Both the position numbers and the translations under genes were made by a program. Under the pieces are notes generated by a model. The model saw only the letters and a program-made list of their open reading frames with translations, did no database searches and was not told the origin of the DNA. Shown here in pieces: positions 18,309 to 28,284 of a stretch of 64,000 bases of DNA. The stretch covers positions 590 to 64,589 of the forward strand of contig JBKCJE010000012.1 of NCBI GenBank assembly GCA_046301955.1, given 5' to 3'. This DNA comes from Bacteroidota bacterium. Lineage in GTDB: Bacteria; Bacteroidota; Bacteroidia; NS11-12g; UBA955. How positions within the stretch are numbered: the stretch's first letter is position 1; each line of letters opens with the position of its first letter.

Positions 18309-20240
18309 TTAATTCCTTAGCAATTTATACGAATATACGAAATTGCCATCGTTAATCCTAAGGAAATAGGGGCCTGCCGGTAAGGCACTTAGGCTCACTG
18401 TCAACTGCTTCGTTACATTGCCTTTGGTATCCATCTCCATCACTTTTTGTCCCACTGCATCAAACACCTCCATCACAATGGCCGAGGGATTTCTGGCATA
18501 TAAAACAAACGTTCCAGATGTTGGATTCGGAAACAAAACAAATGCATTCTCCTGAACCTTATTCAAATTCATGCCACCGATACTGACTTTGGCCAACAAG
18601 CGAACATAGGGATCAAAAATCACCGTATCTACCTCAAAATCAACCAATAATTTCATTTCACCCAGCAGCTGTTTGGGTTCCCATAACACCAACTTTTCTT
18701 TGCCCTCGCCACGCAACAGCAAAGGAATTCGCACATGCCAGTAGGGGACACTATTGTGCGATGGTGTCTGCTCACAAGTCAACGTCACTGTTTTGCCTTT
18801 TTGCTTCCAATTGATCTTCAAATAAGGGAAGCCCTCCCCGAAATACCACTGCTGGAAAAAAGTATCCAAATTCCTGCCGCTCGCCTTTTCCATGTACCAT
18901 TCCAAATCCGCTGTCTTGGCAAATCCGTGGTAGGTATTCTTTCCATTCAAATACAACCTACAGCCCTGAAAAAATGCTGAATCGCCCAACTTATCGCGCA
19001 GCATATGCAGCACCCATGCCCCTTTGTTGTATGTCAGCCGTCCGTTAAACAAACTCCCCACGTTCAACGTGTCTTTGGGAAACACCGATCCGTCATCATT
19101 GCCCGTAATGTTGCTCCTCATTCCACGCAACTTCCCGTAACTCTCCTCCTTCGTGCGCAAATATTCGGTGGTCATCACCGTCAAATACGTCGCAAACCCC
19201 TCGTTCAACCACAAGTCCTGCCAAGTACCGCAAGTCACCATATCGCCAAACCACTGATGCGCCAACTCATGCGCCATCAAGTCATAAGAGAAATTCACCA
19301 TGAAGCTCATCGTCTGATGCTCCATCCCCCCACCCCAAGTGAACTGGGCATGTCCGTACTTCTCCTTCTCAAACGGATACGGCACAAATAAGCTATCAAA
19401 CAGCCGAATCATCGGCAATACATCCTTGGTTTCCCGCTCAGCATCCGTCCGAAATTGCGGAAACACATAATTCAACACCGGCAAGGGTTTCGATCGGCCA
19501 ATCAACTGCGCATATTGCGTATACTCGCTATAATTCGTCACTGCGATAGCCACCAAATAAGTTACGATGGGGTAGCGATGCTTCCAAACCATCAACCGCT
19601 GCGAGTCATTCAATACCTCATTCCTAACAACCACCCCGTTCGAAGCTGCCTTCATCGATGTATCCGTATAAACCCATACATCCAAACTATCAATTTTGTC
19701 GTGCAACGTCTGTTTACATGGCCACCAATACTGAGCCCCGTAGGGTTCGCTGAGGGTATGAACAATCGGACCTTTCATGTGGTTGTCGTGCACAAAATAC
19801 CCGAATCCCCCGCCGTTGCTTGGATTGCCTTGGTATACGATGCCCACAGAATCCCGAGAGCCACCCATCCAGCCACCCGCTTTGTACACATACAGTTGGT
19901 TGCCATTTCTTCGATACAAAAGTGGCTGTCCCCCAGCTCCATAAACCCGATCCACTTTTAGGTTGGCTGACAAATCAAATCCCACAGAATCGGTGTTTGT
20001 GATCACGGTAAAATGCGCCATCACATCGCCCTTGAAATAGGGTCCTTTGATGGGATTTACCCACCATTTACAGCGATTGTAATCGATCAAGTAGCCATGC
20101 TTTACGCCAGAATTGTTTCTGCGCGATAATTGGGATTGAAAGCGCTGATGTTCTTTACAGACCAATTCCTCAGGTACAATTTGTGCACCCAAAGGCAACA
20201 TCATTATCAAGCCCAACAACAACCCAATCCATTTTCGCAT
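18309..20240 (-). CDS. M1-family zinc metallopeptidase (aminopeptidase N-like) with a T9SS C-terminal sorting domain
   Basis: HELAHQWFGD...WLNEGFATY zincin HExxH+E motif; signal peptide; C-terminal roughly 80 aa (FVLYARNPSAIVMEVFDAVGQKV...YFLRINDGNFVYSYKLLRN) is typical of a Por/T9SS sorting domain. Confidence 0.75.
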   Translation of the reverse strand: MRKWIGLLLGLIMMLPLGAQIVPEELVCKEHQRFQSQLSRRNNSGVKHGYLIDYNRCKWWVNPIKGPYFKGDVMAHFTVITNTDSVGFDLSANLKVDRVYGAGGQPLLYRRNGNQLYVYKAGGWMGGSRDSVGIVYQGNPSNGGGFGYFVHDNHMKGPIVHTLSEPYGAQYWWPCKQTLHDKIDSLDVWVYTDTSMKAASNGVVVRNEVLNDSQRLMVWKHRYPIVTYLVAIAVTNYSEYTQYAQLIGRSKPLPVLNYVFPQFRTDAERETKDVLPMIRLFDSLFVPYPFEKEKYGHAQFTWGGGMEHQTMSFMVNFSYDLMAHELAHQWFGDMVTCGTWQDLWLNEGFATYLTVMTTEYLRTKEESYGKLRGMRSNITGNDDGSVFPKDTLNVGSLFNGRLTYNKGAWVLHMLRDKLGDSAFFQGCRLYLNGKNTYHGFAKTADLEWYMEKASGRNLDTFFQQWYFGEGFPYLKINWKQKGKTVTLTCEQTPSHNSVPYWHVRIPLLLRGEGKEKLVLWEPKQLLGEMKLLVDFEVDTVIFDPYVRLLAKVSIGGMNLNKVQENAFVLFPNPTSGTFVLYARNPSAIVMEVFDAVGQKVMEMDTKGNVTKQLTVSLSALPAGPYFLRINDGNFVYSYKLLRN

Positions 20241-20334
20241 AATACAAAGTTCCTACATCCCTATGGCCTAAACAACAATTGATTAGGGAAAATGCACAAC
20301 TCATACACAAAACAAAATCGCTAGAGAATCCTCC

Positions 20335-20342
20335 CTTACTTT
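20335..20342 (+). promoter_or_regulatory. TACTTTTG -7-like box just upstream of the DMT transporter gene
   Basis: TAnnTTTG match 6 nt before the GTG start at 20349. Implies a very short or absent leader. Confidence 0.3.
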
Positions 20343-20348
20343 TGCAAT

Positions 20349-21305
20349 GTGAAATTTAAGTGGTTACCCCTGTTTTTGATCATTCTGCTCGGCTGTATTT
20401 GGGGTAGTTCTTTCATCCTCATGAAGCGCGGATTGGTGGTTTTTACACCCATACAAGTAGCGGGTATGCGGTTATTCTTGGCGGGTATTTTTCTTACTCC
20501 CTGGGTCTATCGATATTCTCTAGGCTCCAAATCCACCATTCTAAATCCCTCCACCCAAACCACGGAAAAACTGCTGAAGCCCATCGATTATTTCTACTTG
20601 TTCCTCACCGGTTTTGTGGGTAATGCCATTCCTGCTTTCCTATTTTCTACCGCTGGAACCCTAATCCCCAGTGGCTTGTCAGGAATCCTCAACGCATTTA
20701 CACCCATGTTTACCCTTGTGGTTGGGAGTCTGTTTTTCACAAGCCCCTTATCACGCAACGGTTTCCTTGGGGTGGTTGCGGGTATCATTGGTGCTGTGTT
20801 TTTGTTGGGTCCATCTATACTCGGACAGAAAGGTATGGAAATCCATCTCGGTGGTGCAATTATGGCCCTCACAGCCTCCGTTTTATACGGTTACAACATC
20901 AACCTGATCAAAACCAAACTCGCCCACATTCCGCCCATGGCCAAAACCGCCTACCCGTTTGTTTTTATGGGAATCCTCTACGCATTTGTACTCTGGAAAA
21001 CCGATGTAATCGGCAGTTATAACCAAGGTTCATCCGAACTCTCAGCGCCCTTCAACATCCCCGCCAACCAATTCGCCTTGGTCTGTTTGGTCATTCTCGG
21101 TGTCATCGGATCCGCAGTTTCCATGATGCTCTTCAATTACCTTATTGAACACACCACCGCCCTGGTAGCATCAACCAACACCTTCGTCATCCCTATCGTA
21201 GCCGTAGCTTGGGGACTCATCGATCAAGAACCCATCCGTTGGAACATGATTGTGGGTCTTCTTTTATCCCTTGTGGGTGTTTACATGGTGATGAAAAAAG
21301 AGTGA
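20349..21305 (+). CDS. DMT-superfamily (EamA-like) transporter. GTG start.
   Basis: 318 aa, about 10 TM segments in two repeated halves. Confidence 0.7.
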   Translation: MKFKWLPLFLIILLGCIWGSSFILMKRGLVVFTPIQVAGMRLFLAGIFLTPWVYRYSLGSKSTILNPSTQTTEKLLKPIDYFYLFLTGFVGNAIPAFLFSTAGTLIPSGLSGILNAFTPMFTLVVGSLFFTSPLSRNGFLGVVAGIIGAVFLLGPSILGQKGMEIHLGGAIMALTASVLYGYNINLIKTKLAHIPPMAKTAYPFVFMGILYAFVLWKTDVIGSYNQGSSELSAPFNIPANQFALVCLVILGVIGSAVSMMLFNYLIEHTTALVASTNTFVIPIVAVAWGLIDQEPIRWNMIVGLLLSLVGVYMVMKKE

Positions 21306-21362
21306 TATCGCTCACAACAATAACCCCTTGCCCCATTTATCTTTGTCACACAAACAGCCTTC

Positions 21363-22898
21363 ATGAACATTAAAAATATCCTTACTGATTTAGGCATTGG
21401 CGAGACCTTAGCCGCCGCAAGCACGGGTACACAATCGATTCGATTGGCGAACGCGCCTACAAGGGTAATCAATTCCCCGGTAGATGGTGCCCACATTACC
21501 ACTGTCCAATTTGCCGATAAACACACCTATGACCAGGTAATCAATACGGCACATGAAGCCTTTAACACTTGGCGACATACCCCCGCACCGAAGCGTGGAG
21601 AAATCGTGCGCCAGATCGGTGATGCCCTGCGCCAGCATAAAGCCAACCTCGGTGCACTGGTAAGTTATGAAATGGGAAAGAGCCTCCAAGAAGGACTGGG
21701 CGAAGTACAAGAAATGATCGATATCTGCGATTTCGCCGTGGGATTGAGCCGACAGTTACATGGATTAACCATGCACTCCGAGCGACCCAACCACCGCATG
21801 TATGAGCAGTGGCATCCATTGGGTGTGGTAGGCATCATCAGCGCCTTCAACTTCCCTGTTGCCGTGTGGTCGTGGAATGCGATGCTCGCCGCAATATGCG
21901 GTAACACTTGCGTCTGGAAACCTTCAGAAAAGACACCCGCAAGTGCCGCAGCCGTACAACACATCTTGCAAACAGTACTCAAAAACAATGAACTTCCAGA
22001 AGGCATTTTTTGCCTCATACAAGGCGATCGCGAAATTGGCGAGGCCATGAGCCACGATTCCCGCGTTCCCCTCATCAGCGCTACCGGAAGTACCCGCATG
22101 GGCAAACGAGTAGCTGAAGTAGTGGGACAAAGACTGGGTAAATCCATCCTTGAACTCGGTGGTAACAACGCCATCATCCTTACTCCAGAGGCCAACCTAG
22201 AAATGGCCATGGTAGCCATCGTGTTTGGTGCAGTGGGCACGGCAGGACAGCGATGCACAACCACCCGAAGACTCATCGTTCACGATAGTATCTACGAAAC
22301 CGTGAAATCAAAGTTGGTTTCAGTTTATGGACAACTGCGCATTGGAAATCCGCTGGACGAAAACAACCATGTAGGTCCATTGATTGACCAGGATGCAGTA
22401 GCAGCCTACAACAACGCCATTGACAAACTCAAAGCCGAAGGTGGAGCTGTACTCTGCGGTGCCGAAGTCTTACAGGGAGACCAATACACTAGCGGTTGCT
22501 ACGTAAAACCTACAATCTGCGAGGCACAGAACCACTTCCACATCGTACAAGAAGAAACCTTTGCGCCCATTCTTTACCTCATGTCTTACAGCAACCTCGA
22601 CCAAGCCATCCACATGCAAAACGATGTGAAACAGGGTTTGTCGAGCGCTATTTTCACCAACAATCTCCAAGAAGCCGAGCAATTCCTCAGCGCATGGGGC
22701 TCTGATTGTGGTATTGCCAACGTCAACATTGGTACTTCGGGTGCGGAAATTGGCGGTGCTTTCGGTGGTGAAAAAGAGACGGGTGGCGGACGTGAGAGCG
22801 GGTCCGATGCATGGAAAGCCTATATGCGCAGACAAACCAATACCATCAACTATGGCAAGTCGTTGCCACTGGCACAAGGCATTCGGTTCGATTTGTAA
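21363..22898 (+). CDS. Aldehyde dehydrogenase family protein, probably ALDH7-like (aminoadipate-semialdehyde / piperideine-6-carboxylate dehydrogenase)
   Basis: 511 aa. ALDH catalytic region (ELGGNNAII, QRCTTTRRLIV with catalytic Cys). N-terminal region resembles antiquitin-type enzymes. Confidence 0.75.
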   Translation: MNIKNILTDLGIGETLAAASTGTQSIRLANAPTRVINSPVDGAHITTVQFADKHTYDQVINTAHEAFNTWRHTPAPKRGEIVRQIGDALRQHKANLGALVSYEMGKSLQEGLGEVQEMIDICDFAVGLSRQLHGLTMHSERPNHRMYEQWHPLGVVGIISAFNFPVAVWSWNAMLAAICGNTCVWKPSEKTPASAAAVQHILQTVLKNNELPEGIFCLIQGDREIGEAMSHDSRVPLISATGSTRMGKRVAEVVGQRLGKSILELGGNNAIILTPEANLEMAMVAIVFGAVGTAGQRCTTTRRLIVHDSIYETVKSKLVSVYGQLRIGNPLDENNHVGPLIDQDAVAAYNNAIDKLKAEGGAVLCGAEVLQGDQYTSGCYVKPTICEAQNHFHIVQEETFAPILYLMSYSNLDQAIHMQNDVKQGLSSAIFTNNLQEAEQFLSAWGSDCGIANVNIGTSGAEIGGAFGGEKETGGGRESGSDAWKAYMRRQTNTINYGKSLPLAQGIRFDL

Positions 22899-22952
22899 TT
22901 GTTGATTCCTTGGCGATCGTTTGTCCTACTGGGTCAACTGGTCGATAACAAC

Positions 22953-22992
22953 AAGCCCGCCCTGTCGCTGACAGGGCGGGCTTGTTTATTTA
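22953..22992. terminator. Bidirectional intrinsic terminator between convergent ALDH and bamA
   Basis: Perfect 14-bp inverted repeat AAGCCCGCCCTGTC-gct-GACAGGGCGGGCTT followed by GTTTATTTA on the plus strand. Lies 55 nt after the ALDH stop and 33 nt beyond the bamA stop. Confidence 0.6.
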
Positions 22993-23024
22993 CCCAAACC
23001 TGGGTTATTAATAAATGTAATCCC

Positions 23025-25601
23025 TTAAAACTGCTGTCCGATAAAGAAATGCACTTGGGTGGGTTTACCACTTGCTGGCACTTGCTTGTAATCAAACCCG
23101 TAGGCCCAATCCAAACCAATCAATCCAAACATCGGCATGAACAAACGAATACCAACACCCGCAGCACGCTTCAATTGGAATGGGTTGTACTTATCAAAGC
23201 TCGACCACGCATCTCCCGCTTCCGCAAATCCCAACACATACACGGTGGCTGCCTGTCCGGTGGTAATAGCTTGACGCAGCTCAACAGTGAATTTATTAAA
23301 AATTGGAGCCCCCGCTTGCGCGCCCATTGCCGTAGATGAAACTGTGTAGTTGTCGTATCCACGCTGAGAAATAATCTCGGTAGCTGCAATGTTGAAACCA
23401 AAAATACCGGCACCACCCACTTGGAAACGTTCAAAGAAGGTAAGGCCCAAATCCTTGTTATAATACCCCAAGAATCCCATTCTCGCCTTGGCCATCAACA
23501 CCGTTTTCTTGTATATTGGGGTGTACCACTCCGCATCCAATTTCCACTTGTGGAATTCTGCCCACTTGTATCTGTCGTTCAGGCTCATTTCGCTATAATT
23601 CTTGTTCGATAACAGAGAAATTGGCGGGGTCGCTTGTACTTGGAATGTAAATGTGCTGCCCGAGGTAGGATAGGTAGGGTCGCTAACAGAACTACGGGTC
23701 ACATTCAATTGGAAGGATGGGTTGTAACTCACACCATTGAACCCTTTTGGAAATCCATAGAATCCACCATCCATGTTCTTCATGCGGTACTGATTGAAAG
23801 AAAATCCGTATTGCAAATTGAAGAAATCATCAGGCCATTTCAATCGCGCACCATACATCAATGAAAAGCCCGTATTCATAAACACTTGTCTCAACGGGTC
23901 TGTTTTCTGACGAAAATCAAAACTATTTACCGTATGAAAAATACTCAAGCTCAACGAGTTTGGCTTCTTTCCACCAAACCAAGGCTCAGTGAATGAAAAG
24001 GTATAACCTTGATAATTTGCACCGTTACTCTGTGCACGCAAACTCAATTTTTGTCCATCTCCTGTTGGAACAGGGCTCCACTGTTCTGGGTGAAACAGTT
24101 TTTTACGACTAAAGTTGTTCAATTGGATACCAGCCGTACCAATCAAAGTAGGCGTACGACTGAAACCATTGCCTCCCCATCCACCACTCAATTCAATTTG
24201 ATCTGAGGGTTTTTCCGCCAGTGTGTAATCAATATCAACGGTACCATCCTCAGGATTTGGTTTGGGATTCACACCCAACTGTTCAGGATCAAATAGTCCC
24301 AACGCGCCCAAATCGCGCATGGTACGCTGGATATCGCTCTTGGAGAAAACATCGCCCGGCTTTGTCCGAATTTCCCGTTGAATCACCCTGTCAGATGTCT
24401 TTGTATTACCATTCCAACGAACATTGCCAATCGTTGCTCTGGTGCCTTCGCTGATGCGAATTTCCATGTCGATACTGTCATTCAATACACCTACCTCTAC
24501 AGGCATCATATTGAAAAATAGGTATCCATCATCCATGTACAATGTTTGCACATCAAACCCTCCTGGATTTTCAAACAATCGCTCCCGCAACAAAGATTGA
24601 TTAAACAAATCGCCGCGCTTAATTCCCAAAATCGTATCAAGGGTACCATTTCTGAATTTCAAATTACCCTTCCAAGTAATATTCCTGTAGCGATACTGCT
24701 GTCCTTCAAACAAACGAATATGGACTTCAACGCGATTCTCTGAAATAAGCTTAACACTATCTGTAAGGATTCTCGCATCACGGTAGCCCTTACTTAGGTA
24801 TTTGTCGATGATGTTCTGACGCTCTGCATCAAATTCTGTCTCGATGTACTTCGATTTGACCCAAATTTGCCATTTCTTTTCCTTGCCCTTAATTTTCTTG
24901 ATGCTGGCGCGCAATTCTTCATCCGCAAGTTCATTGTTACCATAAAAAACAAACTTCTGAACCTTTACCTTGGCGCCTTTATTGATGTCAAAATCAAAAT
25001 TCTCATATCCCGGCAGAGCAATCAAACTATCATTGACATTCCGCTTGGTTGCCTGCAATCGCTTGATGTTCACGGATACATTGTAGTACCCCTTGGCTTG
25101 ATAATATTTGATTACTTTATCCCTACTGATGTTAATCAAATTGGGCGTGATATACATACCCTTGGTCAAACCTACCTCTTCCTTTAAGGTCTTCGACTGC
25201 GAGTTCGTAAGACCCAAAAATCGGTGCCCATTTAACCTCGGCTGTTCCTGAACCCGAAACTGTACAACAACCTGACCATCATCGGTAGGTTGAAAATACA
25301 CCTGCACATCACTAAAATATTCTTGCTTCCACAGATTCTCAATGGCCTTAGAAACTTCACGGCCTGGGACTTTGATTTTTTGTCCGATCGACAACCCTGA
25401 ATAAAACACCACTTGTGACTTCAAAACAGGTTTGCCATTCACTTCGGTAACCAAGATGTTTTTTATCGTGTATTCAGCAGGTTCCACAAAGTCGTAATTG
25501 ACCATGGGGGCTTGGCGATAAAAGCTGTCGGATGTTGTTCCCTGAGCCAACAAACCCTTCATGAGCCAAACGGCCGCTGCTATGACGATAAACTTTTTCA
25601 A
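23025..25601 (-). CDS. bamA: Outer membrane protein assembly factor BamA (Omp85)
   Basis: 858 aa; signal peptide; POTRA repeats; C-terminal beta-barrel ending FFIGQQF. Confidence 0.85.
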   Translation of the reverse strand: MKKFIVIAAAVWLMKGLLAQGTTSDSFYRQAPMVNYDFVEPAEYTIKNILVTEVNGKPVLKSQVVFYSGLSIGQKIKVPGREVSKAIENLWKQEYFSDVQVYFQPTDDGQVVVQFRVQEQPRLNGHRFLGLTNSQSKTLKEEVGLTKGMYITPNLINISRDKVIKYYQAKGYYNVSVNIKRLQATKRNVNDSLIALPGYENFDFDINKGAKVKVQKFVFYGNNELADEELRASIKKIKGKEKKWQIWVKSKYIETEFDAERQNIIDKYLSKGYRDARILTDSVKLISENRVEVHIRLFEGQQYRYRNITWKGNLKFRNGTLDTILGIKRGDLFNQSLLRERLFENPGGFDVQTLYMDDGYLFFNMMPVEVGVLNDSIDMEIRISEGTRATIGNVRWNGNTKTSDRVIQREIRTKPGDVFSKSDIQRTMRDLGALGLFDPEQLGVNPKPNPEDGTVDIDYTLAEKPSDQIELSGGWGGNGFSRTPTLIGTAGIQLNNFSRKKLFHPEQWSPVPTGDGQKLSLRAQSNGANYQGYTFSFTEPWFGGKKPNSLSLSIFHTVNSFDFRQKTDPLRQVFMNTGFSLMYGARLKWPDDFFNLQYGFSFNQYRMKNMDGGFYGFPKGFNGVSYNPSFQLNVTRSSVSDPTYPTSGSTFTFQVQATPPISLLSNKNYSEMSLNDRYKWAEFHKWKLDAEWYTPIYKKTVLMAKARMGFLGYYNKDLGLTFFERFQVGGAGIFGFNIAATEIISQRGYDNYTVSSTAMGAQAGAPIFNKFTVELRQAITTGQAATVYVLGFAEAGDAWSSFDKYNPFQLKRAAGVGIRLFMPMFGLIGLDWAYGFDYKQVPASGKPTQVHFFIGQQF

Positions 25602-25604
25602 TTT

Positions 25605-26354
25605 CTATGCAATTTGCTCACTAGTTTTTCCAAACCTGCGCTCCCTGGCTTGATAATCGACGATAGCGCGATAAAAATCGTCCTTGGTAAAGTCTGGCCA
25701 CAAAACAGGCGTAAAATACAATTCACTATAGGCGATTTCCCACATCAAAAAATTACTGATACGCTGTTCACCACTGCTGCGAATGAGCAAATCTGGGTGA
25801 GGATAGCAAGCGGTGCTCAAGGCCTCGTTCAAAGACTGTTCATCAATATCGTCAGCCTTCAATTTGCCCTCTTCCACGGCCTTTGCTACCTTTTTAACCG
25901 CCTCAATAATATCCCATCGACCGCTGTAACTCAGTGCCAGTACCAAGGTGAGCCGGTCATTTTCGGCCGTTTTGGCCTTGGTTTTCCTCAATTGTTCTTG
26001 GCATTTTTGCGGCAACTGCTCAATGTTTCCAATGGTTTCCAAACGAATTCCATTTTTCATTAATGTGGGCAACTCATCTTCAATGGTACTCACCAACAAT
26101 TCCATCAACGCACTAACCTCCTGATGAGGGCGCGTCCAATTTTCGGTTGAAAAAGCATACATCGTTAAGTACTTTACACCCACTTCAGCGCCAGCTTCAA
26201 TGGCCGCCCTAACGGCTTTTACCCCATGCCGATGACCGAATATCCGCATATGACCTTTTTGCTTCGCCCATCGACCGTTCCCATCCATGATGATGGCCAC
26301 GTGTTTGGGTATCCGCTGAGGGTCAATTTGATATTGCGAATTTCTATCTGACAA
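25605..26354 (-). CDS. uppS: Undecaprenyl-diphosphate synthase (isoprenyl transferase)
   Basis: HVAIIMDGNGRWA and AFSTENWTRP motifs. Ends 3 nt upstream of bamA, the conserved uppS-bamA arrangement. Confidence 0.9.
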   Translation of the reverse strand: MSDRNSQYQIDPQRIPKHVAIIMDGNGRWAKQKGHMRIFGHRHGVKAVRAAIEAGAEVGVKYLTMYAFSTENWTRPHQEVSALMELLVSTIEDELPTLMKNGIRLETIGNIEQLPQKCQEQLRKTKAKTAENDRLTLVLALSYSGRWDIIEAVKKVAKAVEEGKLKADDIDEQSLNEALSTACYPHPDLLIRSSGEQRISNFLMWEIAYSELYFTPVLWPDFTKDDFYRAIVDYQARERRFGKTSEQIA

Positions 26355-26366
26355 AGCCTTGCAAAT

Positions 26367-27203
26367 TTACCGACAAACTTGCGGAGTAAACCTATAAGAG
26401 AAGGTTAAACCTGCAAAATAATACCAATCTTTTAAGTGAGTGTCGCCCCGCATGGTTCCTTTGGGCACAATATTACCGCCTGTGAGCACTTGAGACTGAG
26501 CCCAATCTGCCGCACCAGCACCTTGTTGCTCCTTTATGGTCTTGTAATCTCCGTATGACTTATACGTATCGTCGAGGTAATCGGTGAAGGTCTTTCGGAA
26601 TATCACCTCCATACCGACTATCCATCCTCCAGCATGTTGTCGGTTGCTTGCCATGGTCTTGACACCAAAACCGATGGGGATGCATGGCTGAATTTGACTG
26701 TATCGTTTTGCCTGTTGTTCGGTTCTCAAATCTCTCACATTCACTTCTTCTTTATCTAAGCGATATGGATCAAACCAAAAGCCGCCCAAACCGAGTAAAA
26801 AATAGGGCGTAGCGATGCCATCATTGATGTTGGTACCAAACGGATGGAAATTGAATTCCATCATGCTCGCCGCCTCTATCACTTCACTTTGGAAATTGAT
26901 GTTTTGATATTGAAGGCCTTTGATATCATCTGAGGTACCCTGTATTTGAAGGTATGAAATCTGGTTGCGCAATCCAAAATAACTACTGAAATTCAACTTC
27001 TGATAAAGCGCACCTGAAGGCTTAAAATGTTTTGTATTTAACCCTTTACTAAAATCCCCGTAATAGTTACTCATTCCCACAGCAAAGCCCCACTCGTTAC
27101 GCCCTGAAAAATACTTCTGCGCGAACAAGGTCGACGGTAAAACAACCATCGCAATGGCCAAAAAAACACTGCCGAATTTTCTCAAAATTAGAATTGGAAA
27201 CAA
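26367..27203 (-). CDS. DUF6089-like outer-membrane beta-barrel protein (copy B)
   Basis: Signal peptide ending LFAQ; alternating amphipathic strands; shares the RKTFTDYLDD motif with the adjacent paralog; sits immediately upstream of uppS. Confidence 0.45.
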   Translation of the reverse strand: MFPILILRKFGSVFLAIAMVVLPSTLFAQKYFSGRNEWGFAVGMSNYYGDFSKGLNTKHFKPSGALYQKLNFSSYFGLRNQISYLQIQGTSDDIKGLQYQNINFQSEVIEAASMMEFNFHPFGTNINDGIATPYFLLGLGGFWFDPYRLDKEEVNVRDLRTEQQAKRYSQIQPCIPIGFGVKTMASNRQHAGGWIVGMEVIFRKTFTDYLDDTYKSYGDYKTIKEQQGAGAADWAQSQVLTGGNIVPKGTMRGDTHLKDWYYFAGLTFSYRFTPQVCR

Positions 27204-28174
27204 ACCGTCTTACCACCCATAATTTTGCGGGTAAGGGTAAAGTTCAGGAACATATAATAATCGCTGCCCTTCATGGATCCTCTGGGGTTACCCATATAAA
27301 AACGTTCGTAAGGTAGCCCTGTATTGGGGTTGGTCAATTCCGAACTTCTATCCTTCATCGCCGCCGCCAAGTAACCATTTGCACCACCAACAATTTGATC
27401 ATCCACATAATCAATGCTCACGTCATCCAAATAGTCAGTGAACGTTTTACGCACACCAAACTCAATCCCGTAAGCCCAATAGTCATCAACCTGTTGTTTG
27501 AATCCAACGCCCAAAGGAATCGAAACCTGGGTAAGATTGTATCGCTTGCGGTCATTAAATTTTGTGGTTTCCTGTCCTTCAGTACTCAAAGTCTGTAATT
27601 CTATCCACTGACCATCAAACTGTTGAAGTTGCGCGTTGTGAATCAAAGCGCCTGTTGCATCACGAACACCATCCATGTAAAAGAATTGCGACTTCGGATT
27701 GAATTTATACACGCCAATACCTGCAAAAAGGAAAGGGGTATATGGACGTGTACGTGTAGACTCTTCATAACCCAATAAATTCCATTCGCCGATGGCGCTA
27801 AACTCTAAAATATCGCTACGAAAGTTCAAATTGCGCTGACCCCTTGTAATTTCAATGGGCGCATCTGCTGCATCCATGTGTGTAAATGCGATGTCATCCT
27901 TGAAATTCTTGTCATCGCCACTGATCGCGCCATAAACCGCATTCCCCCGCAACGTTAAAAAATCATTGTATTGGAAACGGCAAATCAAACCACCCATTAG
28001 GTGTGTTTCACCAATCGCAACCGTCTTCGACAAATCGCCGAAATAGTTAGAGCCACCCAAAGTGAATCCTGCTTCAATGGGCTTGCCCTTAAACTTCTTC
28101 TTTGCTTGAGCACTGGCTGTAGCAACCGAGCCCATTGCAACGATAGCAAACAAAGTTATTTTCAAGTGTTTCAT
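27188..28174 (-). CDS. DUF6089-like outer-membrane beta-barrel protein (copy A). Start chosen at MKHLKITLFAIVAMG rather than the longer track ORF.
   Basis: Signal peptide ending ASAQA, beta-barrel-like, RKTFTDYLDD motif. Its end overlaps the start of copy B by 16 nt. Confidence 0.45.
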   Translation of the reverse strand: MKHLKITLFAIVAMGSVATASAQAKKKFKGKPIEAGFTLGGSNYFGDLSKTVAIGETHLMGGLICRFQYNDFLTLRGNAVYGAISGDDKNFKDDIAFTHMDAADAPIEITRGQRNLNFRSDILEFSAIGEWNLLGYEESTRTRPYTPFLFAGIGVYKFNPKSQFFYMDGVRDATGALIHNAQLQQFDGQWIELQTLSTEGQETTKFNDRKRYNLTQVSIPLGVGFKQQVDDYWAYGIEFGVRKTFTDYLDDVSIDYVDDQIVGGANGYLAAAMKDRSSELTNPNTGLPYERFYMGNPRGSMKGSDYYMFLNFTLTRKIMGGKTVCFQF

Positions 28175-28284
28175 GAATGCAGTTTTACACAAATTTAAGT
28201 GGTAAACCTTGGTTTTCCTAAAAATAGCCTTATCAACTGCGTAAATCCCTATAAACAAAGGGATTTAGACACACATTTTGTATT

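Noticed and set aside
18735-20002. Plus-strand ORFs of 81-168 aa antisense to the M1 peptidase gene.
   Set aside because: They are nested in a confidently called minus-strand CDS with an HExxH motif and T9SS CTD, and are Arg/His/Pro-rich antisense artefacts.
22899-23339. 146-aa plus-strand ORF and several others (e.g. 24867-25187, 25512-26063) antisense to bamA and uppS.
   Set aside because: They lie entirely inside strongly supported genes on the opposite strand. They have no motifs and an odd composition typical of antisense frames.
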